Origin: an uncultured Bacillota bacterium
Lineage (GTDB): Bacteria; Bacillota_I; Bacilli_A; RFN20; CAG-826
Length of the DNA: 64,000 nucleotides
Direction of reading: 5' to 3'
Assembly: GCA_949287245.1 (NCBI GenBank)
Contig: CASEFL010000003.1
Span: 67,404 to 131,403 of the forward strand
Below are positions 40,207-49,656 of this stretch, piece by piece. A program made the position numbers and the translations under genes. Under the pieces are notes generated by a model, which saw only the letters and a program-made list of their open reading frames with translations, ran no database searches and was not told the origin of the DNA. The number at the start of each line of letters is the position of its first letter. Position 1 is the stretch's first letter.

Positions 40207-41391
40207 ATGATGAAAGAACAAGAAATTATTAAAAACTATCTCCAAGAGGCAAATGTTGCAGGATATCTTCTTTTTGATTACGAAGGAAAACACCCTTTAA
40301 TACAAAAAATGTTTCCTCATCTTCATTTAACAAGAAAATTATTTTGTTTCTTTTACCCCAACGGAAATTTTACGATAATTGCTCAAGAACTAGACGCTTT
40401 ACTTCTTAAAAAGAGTATAAATCATCCAAATGAATTACATGTTTATCAAACTTGGGAACAAATGTTATGTCTTTTAAAAGATTTTTTATCCTCTTTTAAA
40501 AAACCTTTCTTTATCGATTATAGCGATGATGGTCTTCTTATGCCGGTTTCTTTAGCGGATTATGGTACGACAAAATATATACTATCTTTAGGGCATAAAA
40601 TTCTTTCTTCTGCTTCCTTACTTGGTCTTCTTTCTTCTTATCTAAGCGAAGAAGAAATAGAAAGTCAAAAGGTGGCATCAAACCTTCTATTAACGATTAA
40701 AGATGAAGCTTTTGCCTACATAAAAGATAAGCATGTAAGTCAAAAGGAAGTAAATGAATATGAAGTACAGCAATTGATTCTTCGTCGTTTTAAAGAAGAA
40801 AACTTATATACGGACGAACCACCCATTGTTGCAACCGGGCAAAATGCTAGAAGCCCTCACTACGCCCCAAACAAAAATTGCTTTTCCTTAATCCAAAAAG
40901 AAGATCTTGTGCTTATCGACATGTGGGCAAAAAGAAATATGCCACGTGCCGTTTATGGTGATATCACTTGGATGGCATACTGTGGAAAAAACATCCCTTT
41001 AGAAATTGAAAATCGTTTTCAAATTATTCGTCAAGCAAGCGATGAATGTTTTGCCTTTATCAAAAACAATTATGGGAAAAAGAAAATCTACGGCTACCAA
41101 GCTGACGACATTACCCGCAATGTTATTACTAAGGCTGGCTGGGGCAAATATTTTACCCACCGGACAGGACATTCTATCGCCTATGACAATTCCCCTCATG
41201 GATGTGGCACAAACTTAGATAATTTTGAAACTCACGATACTAGAGAATTATTGCCTAATACTTCTTTTTCTATTGAGCCTGGCATTTATGCCTATGATTT
41301 TGGTATGCGCCTTGAAACAGATGTAACAATCATAAAAAACGTCCCAACCATTGTTGCGGGACGTCAAAAAGAAATCATTAAATTATTATAA
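40207..41391 (+). CDS. M24 Xaa-Pro peptidase family protein
   Basis: PHY, LIDMW, GDITW, HRTGH, IEPGIY, MRLE; start may be 40183, 40207 or 40210. Confidence 0.88.
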   Translation: MMKEQEIIKNYLQEANVAGYLLFDYEGKHPLIQKMFPHLHLTRKLFCFFYPNGNFTIIAQELDALLLKKSINHPNELHVYQTWEQMLCLLKDFLSSFKKPFFIDYSDDGLLMPVSLADYGTTKYILSLGHKILSSASLLGLLSSYLSEEEIESQKVASNLLLTIKDEAFAYIKDKHVSQKEVNEYEVQQLILRRFKEENLYTDEPPIVATGQNARSPHYAPNKNCFSLIQKEDLVLIDMWAKRNMPRAVYGDITWMAYCGKNIPLEIENRFQIIRQASDECFAFIKNNYGKKKIYGYQADDITRNVITKAGWGKYFTHRTGHSIAYDNSPHGCGTNLDNFETHDTRELLPNTSFSIEPGIYAYDFGMRLETDVTIIKNVPTIVAGRQKEIIKLL

Positions 41392-41424
41392 AATCAATAA
41401 ATTAGACTTACTTTTGCAAGGATT

Positions 41425-42621
41425 TTATGAGACAAGAGATTCAAGCCAAGCCTTAAATTCCTCTTCTTGCTTCTCATCCATTTTAAAATTCATCCGATAA
41501 GGAGGAAGAGTTTTTGTCTTTAATTGACGAAGCCGTTCCGTTAAATTGATTGCAGCCTCCCCACTCCAACCATAATCGCCAAAAGCGGCAGCTTTCTTTC
41601 CTTGAAGTTTTGTATAAGGGAAGGATAACAAGATGTCATAAAAGAAGGAAATTGCATCACCAACAAGAGTTGGACTACCTAAATAAAAGGAACCAGAATG
41701 AAGAATGTGTTCAAGAATTTTGGGTTTTTCTTCCGCATAATTTAAAGCATCAATAAGATGCAAATAAACTTCTTTCCCTTTGCTTTCCAAAAATTCCTTT
41801 ATTTGTAAGGCTAAATCTTTGGTATAGCCATAAGCACTAGCAGCAACAATGGTAACTTTATTTTGATCATTACTTGGAAGTCCTTCTTCCGCCAAGTGAC
41901 GATATAAAGCAATTTGATCTTGTGGATTCTGGTCAATTACTGGTCCATGTCCAGGCAAGATCCATTCAATATCCAAGGAAGAAACAGCATCACATGCTTT
42001 TATCACAAAGCTTGGGAATGGACCCATGATGTGGGTAAAGTAATACTTTAAAGCATCATAATATCCCTCTTTATTTTGCTCTTTTGAAAGCAAAAGAGAA
42101 TCCGAGGCAAAATGTGCCCCAAAAGCATCACAGGAAACCAAGGCTTTTAACTCATGAATGTAAGTAAACATAACATCCGGCCAATGAAGATTTAATCCTG
42201 AATAAAAGGAAAAAGTATATTGTCCAATCTTCATGTCTTTTCCAGGAGTCATCACCACACTTTTAAATGGGCGACGAATAATCTTATTAAGATTCAATAA
42301 AGCTCCAGTTGAAGCGACAACAACAAGCTCTGGATTTCTTTCCAAAAGAAGGTGAATTGCGCCGCTATGATCTGGCTCAGTATGAGTAACGAATAAATAA
42401 GAAATCGATGATAAAGGAGCAATTTCTTCAATATGCTCGATTTGTTCTTCACCAAAAGCTTCTTTACTCCCCTCAAAAACAATGTTTCCTTCCTCTGTTT
42501 TTAATAAGTAAGAGTTATAAGAAGTTCCATACGCGGTAAGAATTGCTACATCAAACACTTTTAAAGAGTGGTCAATAACACCGACGTAATAAAGATTTTT
42601 TGTTAATTCTTGAATTGCCAT
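41425..42621 (-). CDS. fprA: Flavodiiron protein (class A FprA; O2/NO reductase)
   Basis: GTSYNSYL, HTEPDHSG, HWPD, CDAFG, PGHG; C-terminal flavodoxin S.YG.T, GSPT, YGWSGEA. Confidence 0.92.
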   Translation of the reverse strand: MAIQELTKNLYYVGVIDHSLKVFDVAILTAYGTSYNSYLLKTEEGNIVFEGSKEAFGEEQIEHIEEIAPLSSISYLFVTHTEPDHSGAIHLLLERNPELVVVASTGALLNLNKIIRRPFKSVVMTPGKDMKIGQYTFSFYSGLNLHWPDVMFTYIHELKALVSCDAFGAHFASDSLLLSKEQNKEGYYDALKYYFTHIMGPFPSFVIKACDAVSSLDIEWILPGHGPVIDQNPQDQIALYRHLAEEGLPSNDQNKVTIVAASAYGYTKDLALQIKEFLESKGKEVYLHLIDALNYAEEKPKILEHILHSGSFYLGSPTLVGDAISFFYDILLSFPYTKLQGKKAAAFGDYGWSGEAAINLTERLRQLKTKTLPPYRMNFKMDEKQEEEFKAWLESLVS

Positions 42622-42678
42622 ATTTTTCTCCCGCGCGCATTATAGCGACTCTTCACTCAATTTTCTTTTTAAACGCTT

Positions 42679-42703
42679 AAAAAAGGAGGGCATTGCCCTC
42701 CTT
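42679..42703 (-). terminator. Intrinsic terminator after hsp20
   Basis: AAGGAGGGC-AAT-GCCCTCCTT followed by a T-run on the minus strand. Confidence 0.85.
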
Positions 42704-42720
42704 ATACCCAACATATTTAT

Positions 42721-43164
42721 TTATTCAATCGTGATAAGGTGCTCTTCTTCTTTTTTCTTCTCTTGATTTGGGAAAGTAAGAGTTAAAACACCATCTTTAA
42801 AGGCAGCCTTAATCTCTTTTTCATCAATCTCCCCAACATAGAAAGTACGAGAGGTAGAGCCATAGAAGCGTTCACGACGAACCATTGACTTCTTATTGTT
42901 TTCTTCTTCATAAGGAGTTTCTTTCCTTACTGCTTTAATGGTGAGATATCCATCTTTAAAAACAATTTGAATGTCTTCCTTTTTAAACCCAGGAAGTTCA
43001 ATTTCCATTACATAACTATCCTTTAATTGATGAATATCTGTTGGCATAGAAAAATTAGGAGTAGAACGAATTTCATTTTCATTTCGGAAGAAATCCGGCG
43101 CAAAGAAATCTAAGAATGGATAACGAAACAAATTTCGTTCAACATTAGTAAGATCAAATTTCAT
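42721..43164 (-). CDS. Hsp20/alpha-crystallin small heat shock protein
   Basis: TDI..Y.MEIELPGFKKEDI, GYLTI, RRERFYG...R.F, AAFKDGVL; GGAGG RBS. Confidence 0.95.
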   Translation of the reverse strand: MKFDLTNVERNLFRYPFLDFFAPDFFRNENEIRSTPNFSMPTDIHQLKDSYVMEIELPGFKKEDIQIVFKDGYLTIKAVRKETPYEEENNKKSMVRRERFYGSTSRTFYVGEIDEKEIKAAFKDGVLTLTFPNQEKKKEEEHLITIE

Positions 43165-43184
43165 AATAAGTACCTCCATCAGTT

Positions 43185-43211
43185 TTAGCAGTCTTCCTAT
43201 CTAACTGCTAA
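43185..43211. promoter_or_regulatory. CIRCE-like HrcA operator 1
   Basis: TTAGCAGTC-N9-AACTGCTAA in the hsp20 leader. Confidence 0.85.
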
Positions 43212-43215
43212 ACAT

Positions 43216-43243
43216 AGTCTAGTCTTCTTTTTAGCAGTGTCAA
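43216..43243 (-). promoter_or_regulatory. SigA promoter of hsp20
   Basis: TTGACA (43243-43238)-16 bp-TAGACT (43221-43216). Confidence 0.7.
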
Positions 43244-43257
43244 CACCAGTCTGCTAA
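43231..43257. promoter_or_regulatory. CIRCE-like HrcA operator 2, overlapping the -35 box
   Basis: TTAGCAGTG-N9-GTCTGCTAA. Confidence 0.8.
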
Positions 43258-43269
43258 TTTTTTAAAAAT

Positions 43270-43566
43270 TTAGGGGAGGTATTCTAAAATTTCTTTCTTC
43301 CTATTCTCAATCAATGGACATGGATACCACTCTCCTTGATAAGTATTTTTAAAAACTCTACCTAAGGTATTTTCAATTAATGATATTAAGTAACCAGCCG
43401 CTTTTTCCTTTTCTCCTTCCGAAGATAAAGCAAACGCCTTTCTTGCGGCATCCCCAATTTCCGGGAAGGAAAATTTACCCCATCCTGGTAAATATAAGGT
43501 TAAATATTCTTCAACAAGCTTTGTGCAATAGTTTAATAAATTATGAAGTGAAGGATTTTTATTCAT
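43270..43566 (-). CDS. Hypothetical protein (98 aa)
   Basis: AAGGAG RBS; fills the gap between the terminator and the hsp20 promoter; no family recognised. Confidence 0.6.
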   Translation of the reverse strand: MNKNPSLHNLLNYCTKLVEEYLTLYLPGWGKFSFPEIGDAARKAFALSSEGEKEKAAGYLISLIENTLGRVFKNTYQGEWYPCPLIENRKKEILEYLP

Positions 43567-43588
43567 ACTCCTTTATAGAAGCGAAAAC

Positions 43589-43611
43589 AAAAAAAGGCCC
43601 TAGAAGGCCTT
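43589..43611 (-). terminator. Terminator at the end of the opp/protease operon
   Basis: AAGGCC-TTCTAG-GGCCTT with a T-run on the minus strand. Confidence 0.75.
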
Positions 43612-43632
43612 AAAAATTTCTTTTTTTCGTTC

Positions 43633-44097
43633 TTAGTTTTTCTTCAATAATCCCATAAACCCTGGGACAAAACATAAGACTGCCGTAACAATCGCGGCTG
43701 CTCCACTAGCAATAAATCCCCATCCTAAAGTTAATGTTGGATCAGTAATAAAAGAACCAATTAATCCTTGGGCAGTAAAAAATAACACTCCAGGAATGAG
43801 GAACAAAATGCCGGAAAGCACATAAATAAAGCCGGCAAACTTTTTCCCACCTTTTCCAAAACTAAGCCCAAGAGCAAGAAGAAGGAAAAGTGCCCCAATA
43901 AGCATAAGGACAAAGGAGGCAATCATTGCGGTATTTGCTTCCGCATGATGAGCTTGATTACCAAAAACAAAATCATAGCCGTAGAAATATTCTCCTAAGG
44001 CATTGGTAAATCCTTGCCCACATAAAAGAACAAAAGCAAGAACTGCAGCAATTAGGGCGCTAAACCCACAAGCAAGATAAATTGTATTTTTCTTCAT
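43633..44097 (-). CDS. Four-TM membrane protein, function unknown
   Basis: Four hydrophobic helices; GYDFVFG and LGWG loops; start placed after GAAAGGG. Confidence 0.75.
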   Translation of the reverse strand: MKKNTIYLACGFSALIAAVLAFVLLCGQGFTNALGEYFYGYDFVFGNQAHHAEANTAMIASFVLMLIGALFLLLALGLSFGKGGKKFAGFIYVLSGILFLIPGVLFFTAQGLIGSFITDPTLTLGWGFIASGAAAIVTAVLCFVPGFMGLLKKN

Positions 44098-44149
44098 AGA
44101 AACCCTTTCTAACGTTGCTATCTTAGATAAGTCTCCTTCTTCCATCAAG

Positions 44150-45778
44150 TTAAAATGGATAAGTAATGGTTAAGGAAGCTTTATCCCCTAAAGAATTAAC
44201 CGTAATTGTTGGTAAATCAAAGAAATAAGAACCATCATTCGTTACTCCTTGTCCACCAAGTGGGAATTGACGATAGGCCTCATTAGGATCAAAAACATCG
44301 CCAACTTGGAATAAATCATCATTGGTTTGTACAAGATAAGAATCACCAAAATTCTTTTTTGGATTCTTCGAAATAAATGTCAGTTGACGGATATGGGCAA
44401 CATCAGGATTAGCGGAAATACCATATTCCGGATAAGAGGTTGATTCCCAGTTATATCCTTGGGCATTGGAAAAAGCGACCATTTGATTGACAACAACACT
44501 GTCGCCAACTTGTTGATATTCATCTCCCATTTCATAAAGTTCATCGGTATAGGCAAAAGAATATTGATAAGTTGTCCCCCAAACTCCAGCAGGATCAGCA
44601 CGTAATTGAAGTAATCGAGAATCGACATGCCAAATACGAATTCCTTCTTCTTGAAGGCCTTGTGTTTGTCCATAAGGAGTTTCACTGTCGGCTTGATTAA
44701 GAAGAGTTGGCGTATAGTATTCCACCATTAGAAATTCATCAAATGCGCTGCCATTAAAGCCGTCTGGGGTTGGGATAAGGAGTGCTTCTCCCGTTTCGGC
44801 TAATGAGCCAATTTCAATGGTTTTACTTTCTTTATTTGCGATTTGGGGAGATATCCAACCTAAAGCATATTTACTCCAGGCATTATGATCGATGATATTA
44901 AAGTCCATCATATCAACCCCACCAGCAGGAGACACGGAAGAATAATAACTGCTATCGTAGTAATCTGGTAAACCAAGAAGATGACCAGTTTCATGGATAT
45001 AAGTATGGGCGTCAATCCCGCCTTCTCCATATCCTTCATTCATAAAATCCCAAGAAGCCCATGCAAAACTCATGGGAACAGGAGAAGCATGATTTTCTTC
45101 CTCCATATTCCAATAAGTATATGCCCAGTTATTTTCTGGAGCGTTCCAATCGTTTTGACAGTTTGGTCCAGAATAAATAACCCAAACAGAATCAATATAA
45201 CCATCAGCATCCGTATCAAAACGAGAAGTATCGAGAAGCCCTTCATTTTCCCAATATTGAATGGCATCTTTCATCACTTGAATTGCTCCTTCTGCCGTAG
45301 CAGCAGAAGAATTTAAATTTTCAATTTGATGAGAAGAGTATCCACAATCAAACCAAGGCATTATTTCGCCATTTAAATGCAAAGCGCCATAAGAGCTCTT
45401 CTCATAAAAAGAAGCAACCGATTCCCAAGATGTTTCTTCACTTTCTCCAAAAAAACAAGCTTCTAAACGGGTAAGAATTCTTTCTTGTTCGCTTACGGAT
45501 AAAGAATAATCGCTTTGAAGAATAGGAAGAACAAGAATGGAGGGAGAGCCAATGCTGGTTAAAGTTGCTTGGGCAAGTCCTGGTCCCCCATTACGATTCA
45601 CATCTTCATAAGTTATGGTTGTAAAAGCCTTTTCATAACTATTTGCCGTCCCACTTCCAAGAGAAAAGGATGAATTTTGATGAGTACTACTTTCTCCTAG
45701 AAATTTTGCAAAAAAATCGCAAGAGGATAAAGAGAGGGTTAACGCAAATAACCCTGCAAAAAGGAAATATTTTTTCAT
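44150..45778 (-). CDS. M6 (immune inhibitor A)-like zinc metalloprotease lipoprotein
   Basis: LSS-C lipobox; SVASFYEKSSYG, DTDADGYID, HETGHLLGLPDYY, Met-turn DMMD, HNAWSK. Confidence 0.85.
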   Translation of the reverse strand: MKKYFLFAGLFALTLSLSSCDFFAKFLGESSTHQNSSFSLGSGTANSYEKAFTTITYEDVNRNGGPGLAQATLTSIGSPSILVLPILQSDYSLSVSEQERILTRLEACFFGESEETSWESVASFYEKSSYGALHLNGEIMPWFDCGYSSHQIENLNSSAATAEGAIQVMKDAIQYWENEGLLDTSRFDTDADGYIDSVWVIYSGPNCQNDWNAPENNWAYTYWNMEEENHASPVPMSFAWASWDFMNEGYGEGGIDAHTYIHETGHLLGLPDYYDSSYYSSVSPAGGVDMMDFNIIDHNAWSKYALGWISPQIANKESKTIEIGSLAETGEALLIPTPDGFNGSAFDEFLMVEYYTPTLLNQADSETPYGQTQGLQEEGIRIWHVDSRLLQLRADPAGVWGTTYQYSFAYTDELYEMGDEYQQVGDSVVVNQMVAFSNAQGYNWESTSYPEYGISANPDVAHIRQLTFISKNPKKNFGDSYLVQTNDDLFQVGDVFDPNEAYRQFPLGGQGVTNDGSYFFDLPTITVNSLGDKASLTITYPF

Positions 45779-45781
45779 ATT

Positions 45782-46492
45782 TTATAGTCTCGACGTAATA
45801 TCCCCGATTGGATTTCCAAACTCATCAAGTTGAAGTGGATGAGGATCAAAATCACAAAGAATCGAGGTAGAAGTGGCGAATATTGACTCCATTAAAATTA
45901 AAATTCCTGCCAGCATACCAAGCCAGAAAACTGGATCATCTTGCTTAGAAAAAGAATCCAAAATGCTATAGGAAAAACAAACAGCAAGGAATAAAAAGAC
46001 TATGGCTCCCCCAGTAGCGGTCTTATATTTCCAATCTGCATCCCCGTCCATTGCCTTAACGCAATAAAAGAACAAAGAAGCAAAACAGAAGAGAGCAGCA
46101 ACGACATAAAATACGCCACTAGTCGTCCCTGTAGCGCCTTTTAAGAAGGCAACAATGGCAATCGTTAAACTGTAACCAAAGACAGCAACTCCATGAAGAA
46201 GAACTAACAAAATATGACTAGCCTTTTTACGGTAGAGAAGATCAAAGAAAGAAATTAACGATAAAAAGAAGGCAATGCCCATAAAAACATTGAAAGTCGT
46301 TGGTTCAGATAAATTAGTTACGGCACTTAAATCACTAGACCAATAGCAAATCCAATATAATCCAGTAAGAAGAACCATTCCTAACGCAAAAATGGACAAA
46401 CCAGAAAATGAAGGAACATAGGTTTTCCCATTAGGAAGAGAAATAATAAAGTAACGTTTTATTTTAGAAAAAAATTGTCGAAGATTACGCAT
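45782..46492 (-). CDS. Multi-pass membrane protein, function unknown
   Basis: About six TM helices; 1 nt downstream of oppF and 3 nt upstream of the protease. Confidence 0.75.
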   Translation of the reverse strand: MRNLRQFFSKIKRYFIISLPNGKTYVPSFSGLSIFALGMVLLTGLYWICYWSSDLSAVTNLSEPTTFNVFMGIAFFLSLISFFDLLYRKKASHILLVLLHGVAVFGYSLTIAIVAFLKGATGTTSGVFYVVAALFCFASLFFYCVKAMDGDADWKYKTATGGAIVFLFLAVCFSYSILDSFSKQDDPVFWLGMLAGILILMESIFATSTSILCDFDPHPLQLDEFGNPIGDITSRL

Positions 46493-46493
46493 A

Positions 46494-47969
46494 TTATTCC
46501 CCTTTCTCCCGCGCTAAATCTAAAGCACGAATTTCTTCTTCATAACGGTCCATTTCCACTCCATTGGCTAAAACAAAATGTCCCGGACGAATTTCTTGTA
46601 AGATAGGTTTTTCTTTTGAATAATCGTGAACTTCTGCAGGATTATAGACTTTCCGCACTCTCTTTTTCTCTCCTCGTGGATCGGGTTTTGGAATTGCACT
46701 AAGCAAAGCTTTTGTATAAGGATGAAGAGGATGGGCAAAAAGTTCATCACTGGTCGCTAATTCCACAATTGAACCAAAATACATAACAGCAATCCGGTCA
46801 CAGAAATACTTAACAACAGAAAGATCATGAGCAATGAAAAGCATGGTTAATCCCATTTCTTCTTTTACATCATTTAACAAATTCAAAATTTGTGCACGAA
46901 TCGAAACGTCTAAGGCGCTAATCGGCTCGTCACAAATTAAGAATTTTGGATTCATAATCAAAGCTCTAGCAATGCCGATTCTTTGTCTTTGTCCGCCAGA
47001 GAATTCGTGAGGATAACGAGAAGCATACTCTGGGATAAGACCAACTTTTTGAAGCATATCCACGCACTTTTGGTGATTCTCAGCACGATTCCGTTGATGC
47101 TGAATCTTTAATCCTTCTTGAATAATATCTTCAACAGTCATCCGGGGGTCTAAAGAATCAACAGGATCTTGGAAAATCATCTGAATTTCTGTTGAGAGTT
47201 TTGGATCGCGATGAGAATCGTCATAACGAATCTGTTTAATTTGTTCTTTTTGTTCCGCAATATGTTTCTTTAAATCTTCGCGAATAATAGTAATTTGTTT
47301 TTTGTATCGTTCTTTAATGGCTTCAACATCGCCTTCTTTAGCAAGAATTGCCGCTTTTCTTTCTTCTTCTAAAGTATGAATTCTAGCCATATGTTCTTTG
47401 CGAACTTGTTCTATGGCAGGAAGCGTTCCGTCATCGGAAGTATTGTATTCAGAAATTTCTTGTTCCATGTCCGCTTTTTCGCGTTCAATTAATGAAGCAA
47501 GGTCATCTGGATTCACTCCCCCATTTTTAATCGCAGCAATTGCTGCATTCATTTCTCTTTTTAAAGAAGCAATTTTCTCTAGAGCATGAATTCTGCTCCA
47601 TTTAATTTCTTTTTCATTCCACCGCGAGCCAGCAGCAATTCTGACCCCTTTATAGTAAATAGAACCAGAGGTGATGTCATAAAGATTAATAATGCAACGA
47701 CCCGTTGTCGTTTTTCCGCATCCAGACTCTCCAACAAGACCAAAACATTCCCCTTCTTTAATATCAAAGGAAATATCATGAACGGCTTTCGTCTTATATC
47801 CTCCACCCATATTAAAGAATTGCTTTAAATGACGAACAGAAAGAATCGTACGCGAATCCGCTAACTCCTTACGAAAAGTTACTTTTGGATCGCTAGGAGG
47901 ATTCCATGGTTCAAGTTCACTAGGAGAACCCTCTTTTTTATGAAGTTGAACTTCTTTTTCTTCACTCAT
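46494..47969 (-). CDS. oppF: Oligopeptide ABC ATPase OppF with coiled-coil insertion
   Basis: GESGCGKT, QMIFQDP, FSGGQRQR, CDEPISALD, HPYT. Confidence 0.93.
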   Translation of the reverse strand: MSEEKEVQLHKKEGSPSELEPWNPPSDPKVTFRKELADSRTILSVRHLKQFFNMGGGYKTKAVHDISFDIKEGECFGLVGESGCGKTTTGRCIINLYDITSGSIYYKGVRIAAGSRWNEKEIKWSRIHALEKIASLKREMNAAIAAIKNGGVNPDDLASLIEREKADMEQEISEYNTSDDGTLPAIEQVRKEHMARIHTLEEERKAAILAKEGDVEAIKERYKKQITIIREDLKKHIAEQKEQIKQIRYDDSHRDPKLSTEIQMIFQDPVDSLDPRMTVEDIIQEGLKIQHQRNRAENHQKCVDMLQKVGLIPEYASRYPHEFSGGQRQRIGIARALIMNPKFLICDEPISALDVSIRAQILNLLNDVKEEMGLTMLFIAHDLSVVKYFCDRIAVMYFGSIVELATSDELFAHPLHPYTKALLSAIPKPDPRGEKKRVRKVYNPAEVHDYSKEKPILQEIRPGHFVLANGVEMDRYEEEIRALDLAREKGE

Positions 47970-49656
47970 CTTTCGTGCCTCCTTTCGCTAAAGAGTTACG
48001 AATTCTTGTCGTAACAATAGCAGGCATCTTGGCAAGAGGCGCCCGCTCATCAAGAAGCCAAGTTGCCGCATAATGAGTATCGCTTAAGGCAAACATTGGC
48101 GGTTCTTCTTTAAAGTCAATGCCCAAAGCGTAACGACTTCTTAAGGCAAATGCATCGCCTTTAGGTGGGAACAGCATATTAGGAGGTGTACCGGGGATTG
48201 CTTCAAGTCTTTCTTTCGAATCTACATCAGGAATCGAAGAAAGTAACGCCCATGTGTAAGGATGCGCAGGACGATAGAAAACATCTTCCGCGGTTCCGTA
48301 TTCCACAATCCTTCCCGCATACATAACCGCCACACGATCAGCCATATTCGCCACAACACCAAGGTCATGAGTAATAAAGATAACAGACATATGGCGCGCT
48401 TCTTTTAAACGATTAATTAGCTCAAGAATTTGTGCTTGGATGGTAACATCAAGTGCGGTTGTGGGTTCATCACAAATTAAAACTTCAGGGTCAGCAGTTA
48501 AAGCAATGGCAATAACAATTCTTTGTCTCATGCCACCAGAGAATTCAAAAGGATATTGGTTAAATCTTCGTTCAGGATCGGCAATGCCAACCTCTGCCAT
48601 AACTTTTAAAGCTCGTCTTTTTGCGTCTTTATGTGTTACGCGAAGTTCTGATACATAACGTCTTCTTTCCGAAACAAAATCCCCATAAAGCGAACCAAAA
48701 GTGTCTTTCGAAGAATATTTTTTCTGCAATTCCCTTTTCTTTTCGTTAAATTCTTCTTTTAAAGCAGATGTTTCTCCATTTTTTCCAAAAATCTCTGCAT
48801 ATTCAACTTCTAATTCATGAATTTTCTTTTTTAAAGTAGGATTATAGAAAAGACTCCATAAGGAGGAAATTTCTTCCTCTCCCTCTTTTGGAAGAGAAAA
48901 GAGGAATTTCTTTAAACGTGCAAAGATACCTTTTTCAATCTTGCGATGTTTTGCTAAAACTTCATGTTTAAATTTTTTCGCTGCAGCATTTGCTTCTTTC
49001 GTTTTTTCTCTCAAAACAATGCGATCTTCACTAATTTTCTTCTTAAATTCTTCTTTTTTGGCAAGATAAGCTTCTTTTAAAGCAGTTTTTTCTTCTGCGG
49101 AGATGCCCTTCTTTTTCTTTTTTGCCATATATTCTTCTTTTGCAAGAAGCAACAAACGTTGGTCGTTTTTCAATTGAATTAAAGCGTCATCCATGATCGA
49201 AGACTTTAATCTTTTAACCTTATTTCCGTTAATAATCATGACTTCGGTAATTTGCTTACCAATCTTCATGATTGGGTTTAAAGAAGAAAGTGGATCTTGG
49301 AATACCATTCCAATTTTTGTTCCCCGAATACGATGGAACTCTTCCTCAGAAATTTTGGTCAAATCTTCCCCTTGATAAATGATATGCCCAGAATCAATAT
49401 GCGCGGATGCTCCTAAAATTCCCATGATTGTTTTGGAAGTAACCGATTTTCCCGAGCCAGACTCCCCAACAATACAAAGGGTTTCTCCTTTATATAAATC
49501 AAAGGAAACGCCACGAACCGCTCGTACCATCCCTTCATCTGTTTTAAAACTAACAGCAAGATTACGGACAAATAAAATCGTCTCTTTTCCTTTTGGAGTT
49601 TCTCCTACCGTGAAAGGATAATCAATCGTCTTCAAAGCTTTTGTATTTTTACTCAT
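47962..49656 (-). CDS. oppD: Oligopeptide ABC ATPase OppD with coiled-coil insertion
   Basis: [39 protein letters not shown]. Confidence 0.93.
   Translation of the reverse strand: MSKNTKALKTIDYPFTVGETPKGKETILFVRNLAVSFKTDEGMVRAVRGVSFDLYKGETLCIVGESGSGKSVTSKTIMGILGASAHIDSGHIIYQGEDLTKISEEEFHRIRGTKIGMVFQDPLSSLNPIMKIGKQITEVMIINGNKVKRLKSSIMDDALIQLKNDQRLLLLAKEEYMAKKKKKGISAEEKTALKEAYLAKKEEFKKKISEDRIVLREKTKEANAAAKKFKHEVLAKHRKIEKGIFARLKKFLFSLPKEGEEEISSLWSLFYNPTLKKKIHELEVEYAEIFGKNGETSALKEEFNEKKRELQKKYSSKDTFGSLYGDFVSERRRYVSELRVTHKDAKRRALKVMAEVGIADPERRFNQYPFEFSGGMRQRIVIAIALTADPEVLICDEPTTALDVTIQAQILELINRLKEARHMSVIFITHDLGVVANMADRVAVMYAGRIVEYGTAEDVFYRPAHPYTWALLSSIPDVDSKERLEAIPGTPPNMLFPPKGDAFALRSRYALGIDFKEEPPMFALSDTHYAATWLLDERAPLAKMPAIVTTRIRNSLAKGGTKDE

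Noticed and set aside
43185-43257. TTTTAGCAGT repeats as a mini-CRISPR or IS ends
   Set aside because: Only two units, fully explained by CIRCE geometry; no cas or transposase genes
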